Shown here in pieces: positions 49,974-58,480 of a DNA stretch of 64,000 nucleotides. Source of the stretch: Patescibacteria group bacterium (GTDB lineage: Bacteria; Patescibacteriota; Patescibacteriia; Buchananbacterales; UBA6539); NCBI GenBank assembly GCA_041649675.1, contig JBAZMQ010000002.1, positions 65,920 to 129,919 on the forward strand, written 5' to 3'. Under the pieces are notes generated by a model. The model had not been told where the DNA came from and did not search any database. It worked only from the letters and a program-made list of their open reading frames with translations. Position 1 is the stretch's first letter, and each line of letters opens with the position of its first letter. The position numbers and the translations under genes are program-made.

Positions 49974-50156
49974 TTAATAAATTGCGCCCAACGAATAAGA
50001 AACAACCGATAGGGCTAAATACATTGGCAAAACCAGCGTGGCCGTCAGCACCAAATACGTGCGGGCGATGTCAAAATCCATATCCCCGACTTTCTGCGGC
50101 ATTGGGCCACATTGCATCTGGGGCGTTGTTTGACTTGTGTCTTGAATCTGTTGCAT
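49974..50156 (-). CDS. hypothetical small membrane protein (60 aa)
   Basis: ORF with one hydrophobic helix (LVLTATLVLPMYLALSVV); no RBS; GC about 48%. Weak call. Confidence 0.2.
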   Translation of the reverse strand: MQQIQDTSQTTPQMQCGPMPQKVGDMDFDIARTYLVLTATLVLPMYLALSVVSYSLGAIY

Positions 50157-50968
50157 ATGTTTGTTTTTGTTTTATCCCAACTTGCCGTTGAGAATTTTTA
50201 TTTTCCCTGATTTTAAAGGATCAAACATCGCGGCAATTTTTTTAAAGAAATAAACTGAGTTGGACCGCGTGTTAATTTTGATTTTTGTTTTTTGGCGCCC
50301 GCGTGTTATCTTGGGGCATATTGTCACGCCGTAGGTCACCTGAGGCAACCAAAGGCGGACAAATTAAAAAGATAGGGCAATCCCTATCTGAACTCTATAA
50401 ATACAGTATAGCATACCTAAATTATTTTGTCAACTTAGTTTGCAATGCGGTTGGAAGAGAGTTAGACCCCGAAACCATGTTGATGCTAGGGTACTCCTTC
50501 CAAACCGCAAAGTTATCTTAACAAATCCCTCAATTTTTGGCAATAAAAAAAGATCCGCCATTAAGTGGATCCATTTTTTTGACTGGTTATGATCCAGTTA
50601 CCCATTGACGGTGCAGCGGTTGGGTGCCGCTCCTCTTTGGTTTGACCGATGGCTCGGGGGTAAGAAGTTCAGGGCAGCCAGAAGGCTGGAAGCAGCAGCG
50701 TCCTGACTGGAATCCTGCAACTAAACTATGTTTAGTTTGCTCCTTTTAAGTCTTAACCACCTTCTTTGCTAATGTGCAATTTTGGACGCAGTAGCTTCGC
50801 TAGGACTTCAACGTCTGTTTCATGAGAGATATCCTCCTACGCTTTTTGTTGAATGTTTACCTTTATCATACTACCGCTAGGGTTAGCGGCAATACATCAA
50901 TATTACATAAATTTTTAAAAAAGTCAATAATAAAAAAGAACCAATCACTACGAAATAATTGGCTCGTG

Positions 50969-51212
50969 TTAAGTTTGCTCTTCTGACTGGCTTTGCTCAA
51001 CCAGCAAAAAGAATTCGCTGGCCAATAGCCCCAGAGCTTTGATAATTTTGAGCAGTGTCATTAAATTAAAGCTTTTCTTGCCTTTTTCAAGGTTAGACAC
51101 CTGCCCCTGACCGACTCCGGCTAAGTTTGCCAGCTCTGCCTGGTTCCAATGTTTTTCTGTCCGGAGCCGGTATGCTACTCTGGCGGAATGCCAGCCGCTC
51201 AGGTTTTGTCAT
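50969..51212 (-). pseudogene. XRE-family helix-turn-helix regulator, apparently disrupted by a +1 frameshift
   Basis: ATG at 51210-51212 has a good SD (GGAGGG, 8-nt spacer) and reads MTKPERLAFRQSS..., hitting a stop after 39 codons. The +1 frame from 51208 reads ...VAYRLRTEKHWNQAELANLAGVGQGQVSNLEKGKKSFNLMTLLKIIKALGLLASEFF... (a textbook XRE HTH) to the stop at 50969-50971 but has no in-frame start codon. Confidence 0.45.
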
Positions 51213-51456
51213 TATTTGGCCCTCCAAGGTTGCGTGGGTATATTAACAAAAAACCGGACAAAAGAAAACACCTTGAGTTTGACCACAAGGCGTTCTCTCG
51301 GTTTCTAGGATCTCTCCTAGCATCATGCCGGCAGCTTAGCACATTTTTTTAAACTTGTCAAGCCCCCACCATATAAAAACTCAATGACTAAGTTGCTTTT
51401 TAGAGTTATTTGCTCTAGAATAAATTATAATGTAAATTAAAATTTCAGCTAAAAAT

Positions 51457-52980
51457 GTGGCTACAATTGAAACTTTACTAAAAATTCTCAAAGGAGATAA
51501 TGACAAGGGAAATCAAAAAATGACAATTTTTCCCCATTTTCGGAGTCATAAAAATGAATATGATTTAATCATGATCAAATTGGCCTATGAGTTCGCTGAG
51601 CAAGCCCATAAAGGCCAACTGCGAAAATCGGGCGAACCCTACATTGAGCATCCGCTTCAAACTGCCATTATTTTGGCAAAAATGGGAATGGATCAGCCGT
51701 CAATAATTGCTGCTCTATTGCATGATGTGCCAGAAGACACTAATTACAGCTTAATTGATATTGAAAAAAATTTTGGCAGTGAAGTGACAAAACTAGTAGC
51801 TGGTATTACCAAATTAGGCGTGATTAAATATCGCGGCATGGAAAAATACGCGGAGAATTTACGCAAAATGTTTATTTCCATGGCTGAAGATATTAGAATA
51901 ATTTTGATTAAAATGGCTGACCGGCTGCATAATTTAAAAACTTTAGCCGCTTTGCCAGTGGAAAAACAAAAAAGAATTGCTCGGGAGAGTTTGGAAATTT
52001 ATGCGCCAATTGCCAATCGCTTAGGCATGGGGCAAATCAAAGGTGAATTGGAAGATTTGGCTTTTCCTTATATCTATCCGGAAAAATTCAAGTGGTTTGA
52101 ACAAGATATTTTGCCAAAAATTAAAATTGAAATGGCCTATACCCAAAAAGTTATTGAAATTGCCAGAAAAGAATTAGCCAATGAAAAAATTAAAATAATT
52201 TCCATTCATGGTCGGGCCAAACGGCTCTATAGTCTGTACCAAAAATTACTTCGGCCTCATTATGACGGTGATGTTTCAAAAATTTATGACTTAGTGGCCC
52301 TGCGTATTATTGTCCCCACCGTGGCTGATTGCTATCAATCTTTAGGTATTATTCATCGTTTATGGAAACCATTGCCTAGAAGAATTAAAGACTATATTGC
52401 CCAGCCAAAACCTAATGGCTATCAGTCTTTGCATTCCACGGTTTTTTGCCTGGACGGCAAAATTGTTGAATTTCAAATCAGGACGCCTCAAATGCATGAA
52501 CAGGCTGAATATGGTATTGCCGCTCATTGGCATTACAAAGAGAATAATAAGAATCCAAAAAAAATCGGCGAGAAGGGATATATTTTGCCAAAAAAATTAA
52601 CTTGGATTGAGGATTTGGTTAAATGGCAAAAAGAGATCCAGGACAATGAACAATACTTGCAATCACTGGCAATTGATTTTTTCCATAACCGAATTTTTGT
52701 TTTTACGCCCAAAGGCGATGTCATTGATTTGCCCGAAGAAGCCACACCAGTTGACTTTGCTTATCATGTCCACAGCTGGATTGGCGACCATTGCACCGGT
52801 GCCAAAGTCAACAATCAAATGGTGAGTTTGGATTCCAAACTAAAAAACGGTGACGTTATTGAAATCATCACCGATAAAAATAGAAAGGGCCCAAGCCAAG
52901 ATTGGATGAAATTTGTCAAAACCAGTGCGGCTAAAAGCAAAATCAAGCCAAGACTCGGCCACTCACGGTTTCAAAACTAA
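51457..52980 (+). CDS. rel: RelA/SpoT-homolog (p)ppGpp synthetase/hydrolase (HD + synthetase + TGS domains)
   Basis: HD-domain HDVPEDT motif, a nucleotidyltransferase synthetase domain (...RAKRLYSLYQKL...), and a TGS domain (GDVIEI). Confidence 0.85.
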   Translation: MATIETLLKILKGDNDKGNQKMTIFPHFRSHKNEYDLIMIKLAYEFAEQAHKGQLRKSGEPYIEHPLQTAIILAKMGMDQPSIIAALLHDVPEDTNYSLIDIEKNFGSEVTKLVAGITKLGVIKYRGMEKYAENLRKMFISMAEDIRIILIKMADRLHNLKTLAALPVEKQKRIARESLEIYAPIANRLGMGQIKGELEDLAFPYIYPEKFKWFEQDILPKIKIEMAYTQKVIEIARKELANEKIKIISIHGRAKRLYSLYQKLLRPHYDGDVSKIYDLVALRIIVPTVADCYQSLGIIHRLWKPLPRRIKDYIAQPKPNGYQSLHSTVFCLDGKIVEFQIRTPQMHEQAEYGIAAHWHYKENNKNPKKIGEKGYILPKKLTWIEDLVKWQKEIQDNEQYLQSLAIDFFHNRIFVFTPKGDVIDLPEEATPVDFAYHVHSWIGDHCTGAKVNNQMVSLDSKLKNGDVIEIITDKNRKGPSQDWMKFVKTSAAKSKIKPRLGHSRFQN

Positions 52981-53846
52981 ACCTGGTTAGCTATTTTGTT
53001 AATGATATTATTTAATTCTTCGTTTGAGTAAAATTCAATGATAATTTGTCCGGTTTCACCGGATTTTTTTACGTTCACCTTTGTTCCCAAAGCGGCTTGC
53101 AACCTATCTTCCAAAGCCAAAAGGTTTGCATCTTTCGCTTTTCTAACATGCTGACGCACCACTATTTTTTTAGCCTGACCTTCAGCGGCCCTAACAGTTA
53201 AATCCTGTTTTAAAACCTTTTCAAAAAACTTTAAGCGCTCTTGCGGCGGTAAGCCAACAATCACCCGAGCCGTACTGTAATTAATTTTTTCATTAATTAA
53301 GGCTTTCTGGATTTCAGTTGGCAAGCTTAAGAGTCTTAGAGCGTTAGCAATTACCGGACGGCTCTTGCCCACCCGCTTAGACACTTCTTCCTGAGTCAAA
53401 TTGAATTCATCTACTAAGCGCTGATACGCGAAAGCTTCTTCAATTGGATTTAAATCTTTACGCTGAATATTTTCAACTAATGCCATTTCTAATTTTTGTT
53501 GTTCTTTCATTTCACGAATCACGGCCGGGACAAACTTTAAATCCAAAATTTGGGCCGCGCGTAACCGTCTTTCACCAGCAATTACTTCATAGCCGTTGCC
53601 TTCTAAAGTTAAAATCAAAGGCTGAATTATGCCATGCTCTTTAATTGAATTGGTTAAATCTTCCAGGCTTTCATGATCAAAATCAGTTCGCGGCTGCAGC
53701 GGGTTGGCTTTGATTTTTTCAATCGGTACCCTGACAATCATTTCATCTTGAGCTAAAACATTAGAATCTTTAGGTAAAATTTGCTTATCAATTTTTGATG
53801 GAATTAAAGAACTTAAGCCTTTACCCAAACCTTGTACTTTAGCCAT
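52977..53846 (-). CDS. parB: chromosome partitioning protein ParB/Spo0J
   Basis: ParB box GIIQPLILTLEGNGYEVIAGERRLRAAQIL and an HTH region. ATGA-type 4-nt overlap with rel. Confidence 0.9.
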   Translation of the reverse strand: MAKVQGLGKGLSSLIPSKIDKQILPKDSNVLAQDEMIVRVPIEKIKANPLQPRTDFDHESLEDLTNSIKEHGIIQPLILTLEGNGYEVIAGERRLRAAQILDLKFVPAVIREMKEQQKLEMALVENIQRKDLNPIEEAFAYQRLVDEFNLTQEEVSKRVGKSRPVIANALRLLSLPTEIQKALINEKINYSTARVIVGLPPQERLKFFEKVLKQDLTVRAAEGQAKKIVVRQHVRKAKDANLLALEDRLQAALGTKVNVKKSGETGQIIIEFYSNEELNNIINKIANQV

Positions 53847-53864
53847 AAAATTATTGATGTTTTA

Positions 53865-54635
53865 TTAAATATAATTTTCTTGTAAGATAATTTCCCGGGC
53901 CAAATCTTCATAAGCTTTGCCACCAGCCGAACGCGGATCGTATGACAAAATTGTTTGGCCAAAACTTGGTGATTCGGTCAAACGAACATTTCGGGGAACA
54001 ATGGTATCAAAAACGCGATGGGGAAAATGTTGCTTGAGCTCGTTTAAAACCTGACTTGAAAGTTTATTGCGCTTATCATACATCGTCACTACCGCTCCCA
54101 AAATGTTTAATTCCGGTTTTAAATTTTCTTTAACCAAACTGATGGTATTGAGCAGTTGGCCTAAGCCCTCTAGCGCCAAATATTCGGCCTGAACCGGCAC
54201 TAATACTTCTTCGGCTGCCACCAAACCGTTTAAAGTTAACAAGTCCAATGATGGCGGACAATCAATCAAAATATAGTCATAGTCATGTTTAACCTCAAGC
54301 ATGGTTTGAGCCAACCGAAATTCCCGATTTTCCAAGCCTACTAGCTCCACCCTGGCCCCAGCCAAATCCGGTGTGGCCGGTGCCACCTTGTAGCCCTGGT
54401 GATTAGTACCTTGAATAATTTGCCTGAAAGAGATTGGCTCAACTAAAGAGTGATATACTCCCTTTTCTAGGCTTGAGTGGTCAATACCCAGCCCGGAAGT
54501 GGCATTAGCCTGTGGGTCAATGTCAACTAATAAAACAAACTTACCTAACCAAGCCAGATAAGCCCCTAAATTGACAGCGGTGGTGGTTTTACCAACTCCC
54601 CCTTTTTGATTGACAATTGCAATGGTTCTCGACAT
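53865..54635 (-). CDS. parA: chromosome partitioning ATPase ParA/Soj
   Basis: Deviant Walker A KGGVGKTTTAVNLGAYLA. Confidence 0.9.
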   Translation of the reverse strand: MSRTIAIVNQKGGVGKTTTAVNLGAYLAWLGKFVLLVDIDPQANATSGLGIDHSSLEKGVYHSLVEPISFRQIIQGTNHQGYKVAPATPDLAGARVELVGLENREFRLAQTMLEVKHDYDYILIDCPPSLDLLTLNGLVAAEEVLVPVQAEYLALEGLGQLLNTISLVKENLKPELNILGAVVTMYDKRNKLSSQVLNELKQHFPHRVFDTIVPRNVRLTESPSFGQTILSYDPRSAGGKAYEDLAREIILQENYI

Positions 54636-54780
54636 GCCCCGTAGTAGAAATTTGATTTCTTAATAATTAAAGAAAGATTTATTTACAGTCTTAAGTCTTA
54701 ATTCTAACTATTAATTACCCATTAGTACCCCTATTTAGCTCAACAAAGATAACATATCAAATTTTCACTACGGGGCATAT
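54632..54780. repeat. inverted repeat pair spanning the parA start codon (arms 54632-54654 and 54758-54780)
   Basis: ACATGCCCCGTAGTAGAAATTTG versus the reverse complement of CAAATTTTCACTACGGGGCATAT; about 19/23 match; spacer about 100 nt. Confidence 0.45.
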
Positions 54781-54847
54781 CATTATTATAATAAAAAAAT
54801 CGCCTTTCGGCAATTCAATTATAACTAAAATAAAAATTATTGTTATC

Positions 54848-54924
54848 TGGTAGCGAGGGTGGGGATCGAACCCACGACCTAAGGGTTATGATTCCTTCGC
54901 TCTGACCAACTGAGCTACCTCGCC
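54848..54924 (-). tRNA. tRNA-Met (anticodon CAT; elongator-type, or possibly Ile2-lysidine)
   Basis: GGCGAGGTAGCTCAGTTGGTCAGAGCGAAGGAATCATAACCCTTAGGTCGTGGGTTCGATCCCCACCCTCGCTACCA; cloverleaf with anticodon loop ATCATAA, a G1-U72 wobble, and encoded CCA. Confidence 0.8.
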
Positions 54925-54959
54925 GCGGCAAATGAGAATATATAAACGAAATAATAATT

Positions 54960-55034
54960 TGGTTGCGGGGGCGGGAGTTGCACCCGCGACCTCTAGGTTA
55001 TGGGCCTAGCGAGCTGCTACTGCTCTACCCCGCG
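54960..55034 (-). tRNA. initiator tRNA-fMet (anticodon CAT)
   Basis: CGCGGGGTAGAGCAGTAGCAGCTCGCTAGGCCCATAACCTAGAGGTCGCGGGTGCAACTCCCGCCCCCGCAACCA; C1xA72 mismatch and a 5'/3' acceptor identical to E. coli tRNAfMet (CGCGGGG...CCCCGCAACCA). Confidence 0.85.
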
Positions 55035-55141
55035 TCGGATATTAATCATTAACCTTTAACAATTAACTTCATAATAGTACTTCTTTATCTAATATCTGTC
55101 AATCCAATAGTAGTTAATTGTAGAGTGTTAGTTGTTTTGAA

Positions 55142-55226
55142 TGGTGCCCGAGGAGAGACTCGAACTCTCATGCCTTGCGGCACACGATTTTGAGTCGTGC
55201 GTGTATACCAATTTCACCACTCGGGC
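55142..55226 (-). tRNA. tRNA-Leu (anticodon CAA), class II with long variable arm
   Basis: GCCCGAGTGGTGAAATTGGTATACACGCACGACTCAAAATCGTGTGCCGCAAGGCATGAGAGTTCGAGTCTCTCCTCGGGCACCA; anticodon loop CTCAAAA and a 13-nt variable arm. Confidence 0.85.
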
Positions 55227-55265
55227 AATAAAAAAACAAATTCTACAAATTTAACTGCAAATGTT

Positions 55266-55294
55266 ATTATAAATAATTTCTCTTTATTTGTCAA
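55266..55294 (-). promoter_or_regulatory. consensus sigma70 promoter TTGACA-17-TATAAT (minus strand) upstream of the tRNA-Leu/fMet/Met cluster
   Basis: Perfect -35 and -10 hexamers with a 17-nt spacer; the -10 ends 39 nt before the tRNA-Leu 5' end. Confidence 0.55.
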
Positions 55295-55337
55295 AAGTTT
55301 TCTTAAAATACTTTTTAAGTCAGCTCTAGAGAAGGTG

Positions 55338-55402
55338 ATTTTTTTGATAAAAAGAAAACCACCCAACAAAGAGATGATATTAGGTAATTCTCTTGTGGGT
55401 GG
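55338..55402 (-). terminator. rho-independent terminator (about 14-bp stem CCACCCAACAAAGAGA/TCTCTTGTGGGTGG + T-rich tail on the minus strand) after gene 55427-55690
   Basis: The hairpin starts 25 nt downstream of the stop codon; the minus-strand tail is TTTTCTTTTTATCAAAAAAA. Confidence 0.5.
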
Positions 55403-55426
55403 CTAAAGTAAAGCCACGAAATTGAG

Positions 55427-55690
55427 TCACAGCCCAACCACGTTTGGGAGTTGCTCCCTGATTTCCTCGAGAGACGGAAATCCAACGCGGTTTTTACCTT
55501 GTTTTTTGGCGAAAGCAATTACTTTTGGGCCGATGACGAGGATACAATCCGAGTTACCACTTTTGCGGCATTCTTCTTTGTGAACTAGGGTGGCGTATGA
55601 TTCACTCCCACATTCTGGACAACGCCACATTCCGTAGGAAAGTGAGTAGTTGGCGTCAAACTCTAACTTTGGCGTATTGGTCTTTGACAT
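55427..55690 (-). CDS. hypothetical small Cys-containing (zinc-ribbon-like CPECG...C..SGNSDC) protein, GC-richer than background
   Basis: 87-aa ORF with a defined terminator; about 46% GC. No family recognised. Confidence 0.4.
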   Translation of the reverse strand: MSKTNTPKLEFDANYSLSYGMWRCPECGSESYATLVHKEECRKSGNSDCILVIGPKVIAFAKKQGKNRVGFPSLEEIREQLPNVVGL

Positions 55691-56029
55691 ATCAGTATTT
55701 CTCCTTTTGTAAATCCAGAAATCTAGTTTAACCTGACCTCATTTACATTACTTGACTGCACATAGCTAAAAACAAATAACTGTTGTTTAAAATTATGTGC
55801 AGTCAAAATAAATATTTTTATTGGAAAAAGAACAATATTACATAATAACATATATTTTCAGTTCTGTCAACCATTCCTCCCAAAAAGTATAAAAGGCGAA
55901 AAATTACCCAAGATAAACAAAATTCCCTCCTAAGCAGAAAGGATTTGGTTTTTTAGCTTGGCTTGTTAATAACTTTTTGCTCCAGAAGTGGTAAAATAAG
56001 AACAGCTTAAAGAATAAGTAACATTACGA

Positions 56030-56509
56030 TTGATTATGTATTTAACTATCCATGCTGCCTGTGGTGCCTTAATTGGTAATTATATTAATGAACCACTAGT
56101 TTCTCTTAATCTCGGCTTAATCTCTCACTATTTTTTGGACATGCTGCCACATTCGGACGGCAACTTCCCGACCAAAGGCCATACCCCAAGGTCATTGAGA
56201 AAAATGTATTTAAATAAAATTGTCGGCTTGGTTTATTTGGATATTTCTTTAGCCATAATTGTAACGGCAGCAATTTTAACCAACCACGCCCATTTTTTTA
56301 CTCCGGCAGTTGTTTGGGGCATGATTGGTGCGGTATTGCCAGACATTATTCAGGCTTTAAGTTTCTTTCGCCGAAAAAATCGAGTTTTCAAAAAGTTAAA
56401 TGAATTCCATAACTTTCTCCATTACTCCCCTAAAAAGCAACTCTCCTTGGTGACTGGCCAGCTGACCCAATTAATAACATTGATAATTCTGGTTAGGCCA
56501 TTGCTTTAA
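56030..56509 (+). CDS. small polytopic membrane protein, putative DUF457/YdjM-like metal-dependent membrane hydrolase
   Basis: LTIHAACGALIG...HYFLDMLPHSD (H-x3-D-x3-H) plus 3-4 TM helices; tandem paralog of the next gene. Confidence 0.4.
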   Translation: MIMYLTIHAACGALIGNYINEPLVSLNLGLISHYFLDMLPHSDGNFPTKGHTPRSLRKMYLNKIVGLVYLDISLAIIVTAAILTNHAHFFTPAVVWGMIGAVLPDIIQALSFFRRKNRVFKKLNEFHNFLHYSPKKQLSLVTGQLTQLITLIILVRPLL

Positions 56510-56604
56510 ATAATTTTAAAAAACTAAAATATCACTAAGGCTATTTACCTCGTACCAATTTTATCAAAAAATTTTTGGTAAAATAGGCCCGAGGTTTATC
56601 TTTT

Positions 56605-57087
56605 ATGTTTTTGACTATTCACGGCACAGCTGGAACTCTAATTGGCCAACAGACAAATAATATTTGGCTGGCTTTTATTTTAGGCTTTGTTTTCCATTTT
56701 ATTTTGGATCTAATCCCCCATGGCGATGCGGATTTACTTACCAAACAATCTGAAAAATATGCCTTTGGCCAAAAAACAGTAGATTTATTAAAAAAAATTA
56801 CAGCGATTGATGCTTTGGTTATGATTTCACTTTTAGCAGTTTTTTACTGGCAAGGTTTGATTACTCAACCTCTACCGGTATTAGCCGGCGTGACAGGCAG
56901 CATTCTTCCTGATTTTATCCAGGGCTTGTATTTCCTGACAAAACATCCTTGGCTAAAAAAATATTTTATTTTCCATTCCGATATCCATTTTGTTTCAAAA
57001 AAATTATTAGTTTCTTTTTGGCCAGGCATAGGCATTCAAATAGTAACTCTAACAATTTTAATATCAGTTTTAATCTTGTTGAAATAA
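56605..57087 (+). CDS. paralog of 56030-56509 (putative DUF457/YdjM-like membrane protein)
   Basis: LTIHGTAGTLIG...HFILDLIPHGD; same length and hydropathy pattern. Confidence 0.4.
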   Translation: MFLTIHGTAGTLIGQQTNNIWLAFILGFVFHFILDLIPHGDADLLTKQSEKYAFGQKTVDLLKKITAIDALVMISLLAVFYWQGLITQPLPVLAGVTGSILPDFIQGLYFLTKHPWLKKYFIFHSDIHFVSKKLLVSFWPGIGIQIVTLTILISVLILLK

Positions 57088-57133
57088 AAAACGCAGGGAT
57101 ACGTTAAAACACACCTCTACGTTTTTTTGTTTA

Positions 57134-58402
57134 TTAAAATTTTAACAATTTTTCAAATTCTGCCTTTTGTTTGAATGGTCCGATCAAAGAAAGATTTAAT
57201 TTTTTATCCAAAATTAATTCAGCCGCAACTTTTTTAATATCTTTTTGACTAACGGCAAAAATCTTTTTCAATTGCTGCTGCGGCGTATCAATTTTATTTA
57301 TTAATAATTCTTGTTTGCTATACCAATCAGCAACGTTTTCCGAATCTTCGAGGCCCAAAATTAATTTACCCTTTAAAAATTCTTTGGCCCTGCTTAATTC
57401 TTTGACTGTTACTCCCTGCTCTCTGATATTCTTCAATTCTGCCAGAATTAAACCAATTGCTTGCTTAATTCGGTCTTTGTCCAACCCCGCTTGAATTACA
57501 AATGAACCAATGTCTTGATAAGATGAAAGGTCACTTTTAATGTAATAGGCCAAGCCGTATTTTTCGCGGACGTTTATAAATAACCTTGAACTCATATTAC
57601 CGCCTAAAATCACAGCTAGCAGATAAAGCGGGTAAATTTTTGGGTTAATTAAGCTATAACTGGGCACGCCTAAGCAGATTTGAATCTGCTCGGTTTGCCT
57701 AAAATTTAAACTGACTTGCGGCTTAGATTGTTTGGTTTTAAACGGTAAAAATTTGACGGGTCTGTTTACTTTAGCTTTTTGGCCAAAATATTTTTTAGTT
57801 AAATTTAGAACCTTTTTCTGGCCAAAATTTCCAGCCACTGTCACTACCATATTACTGGGTTGATAAAATTTATTTTTGTATTGCAAAATTTGGGCCCGAG
57901 ATATTTTTTTTATTACATCTTTAGGCCCAGAAATTAATTGGCCCAAAGAATGATTGGGAAAAATTGTCTGCTCAAACAGTTGCTGGACATAAAACAAAGG
58001 ATTATCCCGATACATGTTAATCTCTTCTAAAATTACTCCCCTCTCTTTGGCAATCTCTACTGGCTCCAAGGTAGCATTAAAAATAATATCGGCCAAGACG
58101 TCAAAAGCTAATTCAATTTTGTCCGCGGCAATTTTGATATGATAACCAGTATGATCTTTGGCCGTGTAGGCGTTAAATTCAGCCCCAACCGAATCTAATT
58201 CCTTGCTGATATCCAAGCTGGTCGGCCGACGCTTTGTCCCTTTAAAAACCAAGTGTTCAATGAAATGGGAAACACCATTAATATTTTTTGTTTCATAACG
58301 CGAACCAACCGGCAAAACTACTAAAACCGTTACTGCTTTAGTTTCAGGCAGCGGTGCGGTGATCAGGGTTAAGCCATTTTTCAATTTACTTTTTGAATAC
58401 AT
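57134..58402 (-). CDS. M16-family (pitrilysin/insulinase-like) zinc peptidase
   Basis: Inverted zinc motif HFIEHLVFKGT (HxxEH), plus E...E downstream; about 420 aa. Confidence 0.8.
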   Translation of the reverse strand: MYSKSKLKNGLTLITAPLPETKAVTVLVVLPVGSRYETKNINGVSHFIEHLVFKGTKRRPTSLDISKELDSVGAEFNAYTAKDHTGYHIKIAADKIELAFDVLADIIFNATLEPVEIAKERGVILEEINMYRDNPLFYVQQLFEQTIFPNHSLGQLISGPKDVIKKISRAQILQYKNKFYQPSNMVVTVAGNFGQKKVLNLTKKYFGQKAKVNRPVKFLPFKTKQSKPQVSLNFRQTEQIQICLGVPSYSLINPKIYPLYLLAVILGGNMSSRLFINVREKYGLAYYIKSDLSSYQDIGSFVIQAGLDKDRIKQAIGLILAELKNIREQGVTVKELSRAKEFLKGKLILGLEDSENVADWYSKQELLINKIDTPQQQLKKIFAVSQKDIKKVAAELILDKKLNLSLIGPFKQKAEFEKLLKF

Positions 58403-58480
58403 AAAAAAATAAAACTTAAAAGCAAAATCTTAAAACCCAAAAACTTTTAAGCTTTATGCTGTAGTTTTTGACTTTGGGCT

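Noticed and set aside
53846-54781. parS centromere site near parAB
   Set aside because: No 16-bp palindrome of the TGTTTCACGTGAAACA type was found by eye; the IR at 54632-54780 does not resemble parS.
55315-55518. 67-aa minus-strand ORF overlapping the terminator and 3' end of gene 55427-55690
   Set aside because: It overlaps a better-supported ORF and spans its terminator hairpin; most likely spurious.
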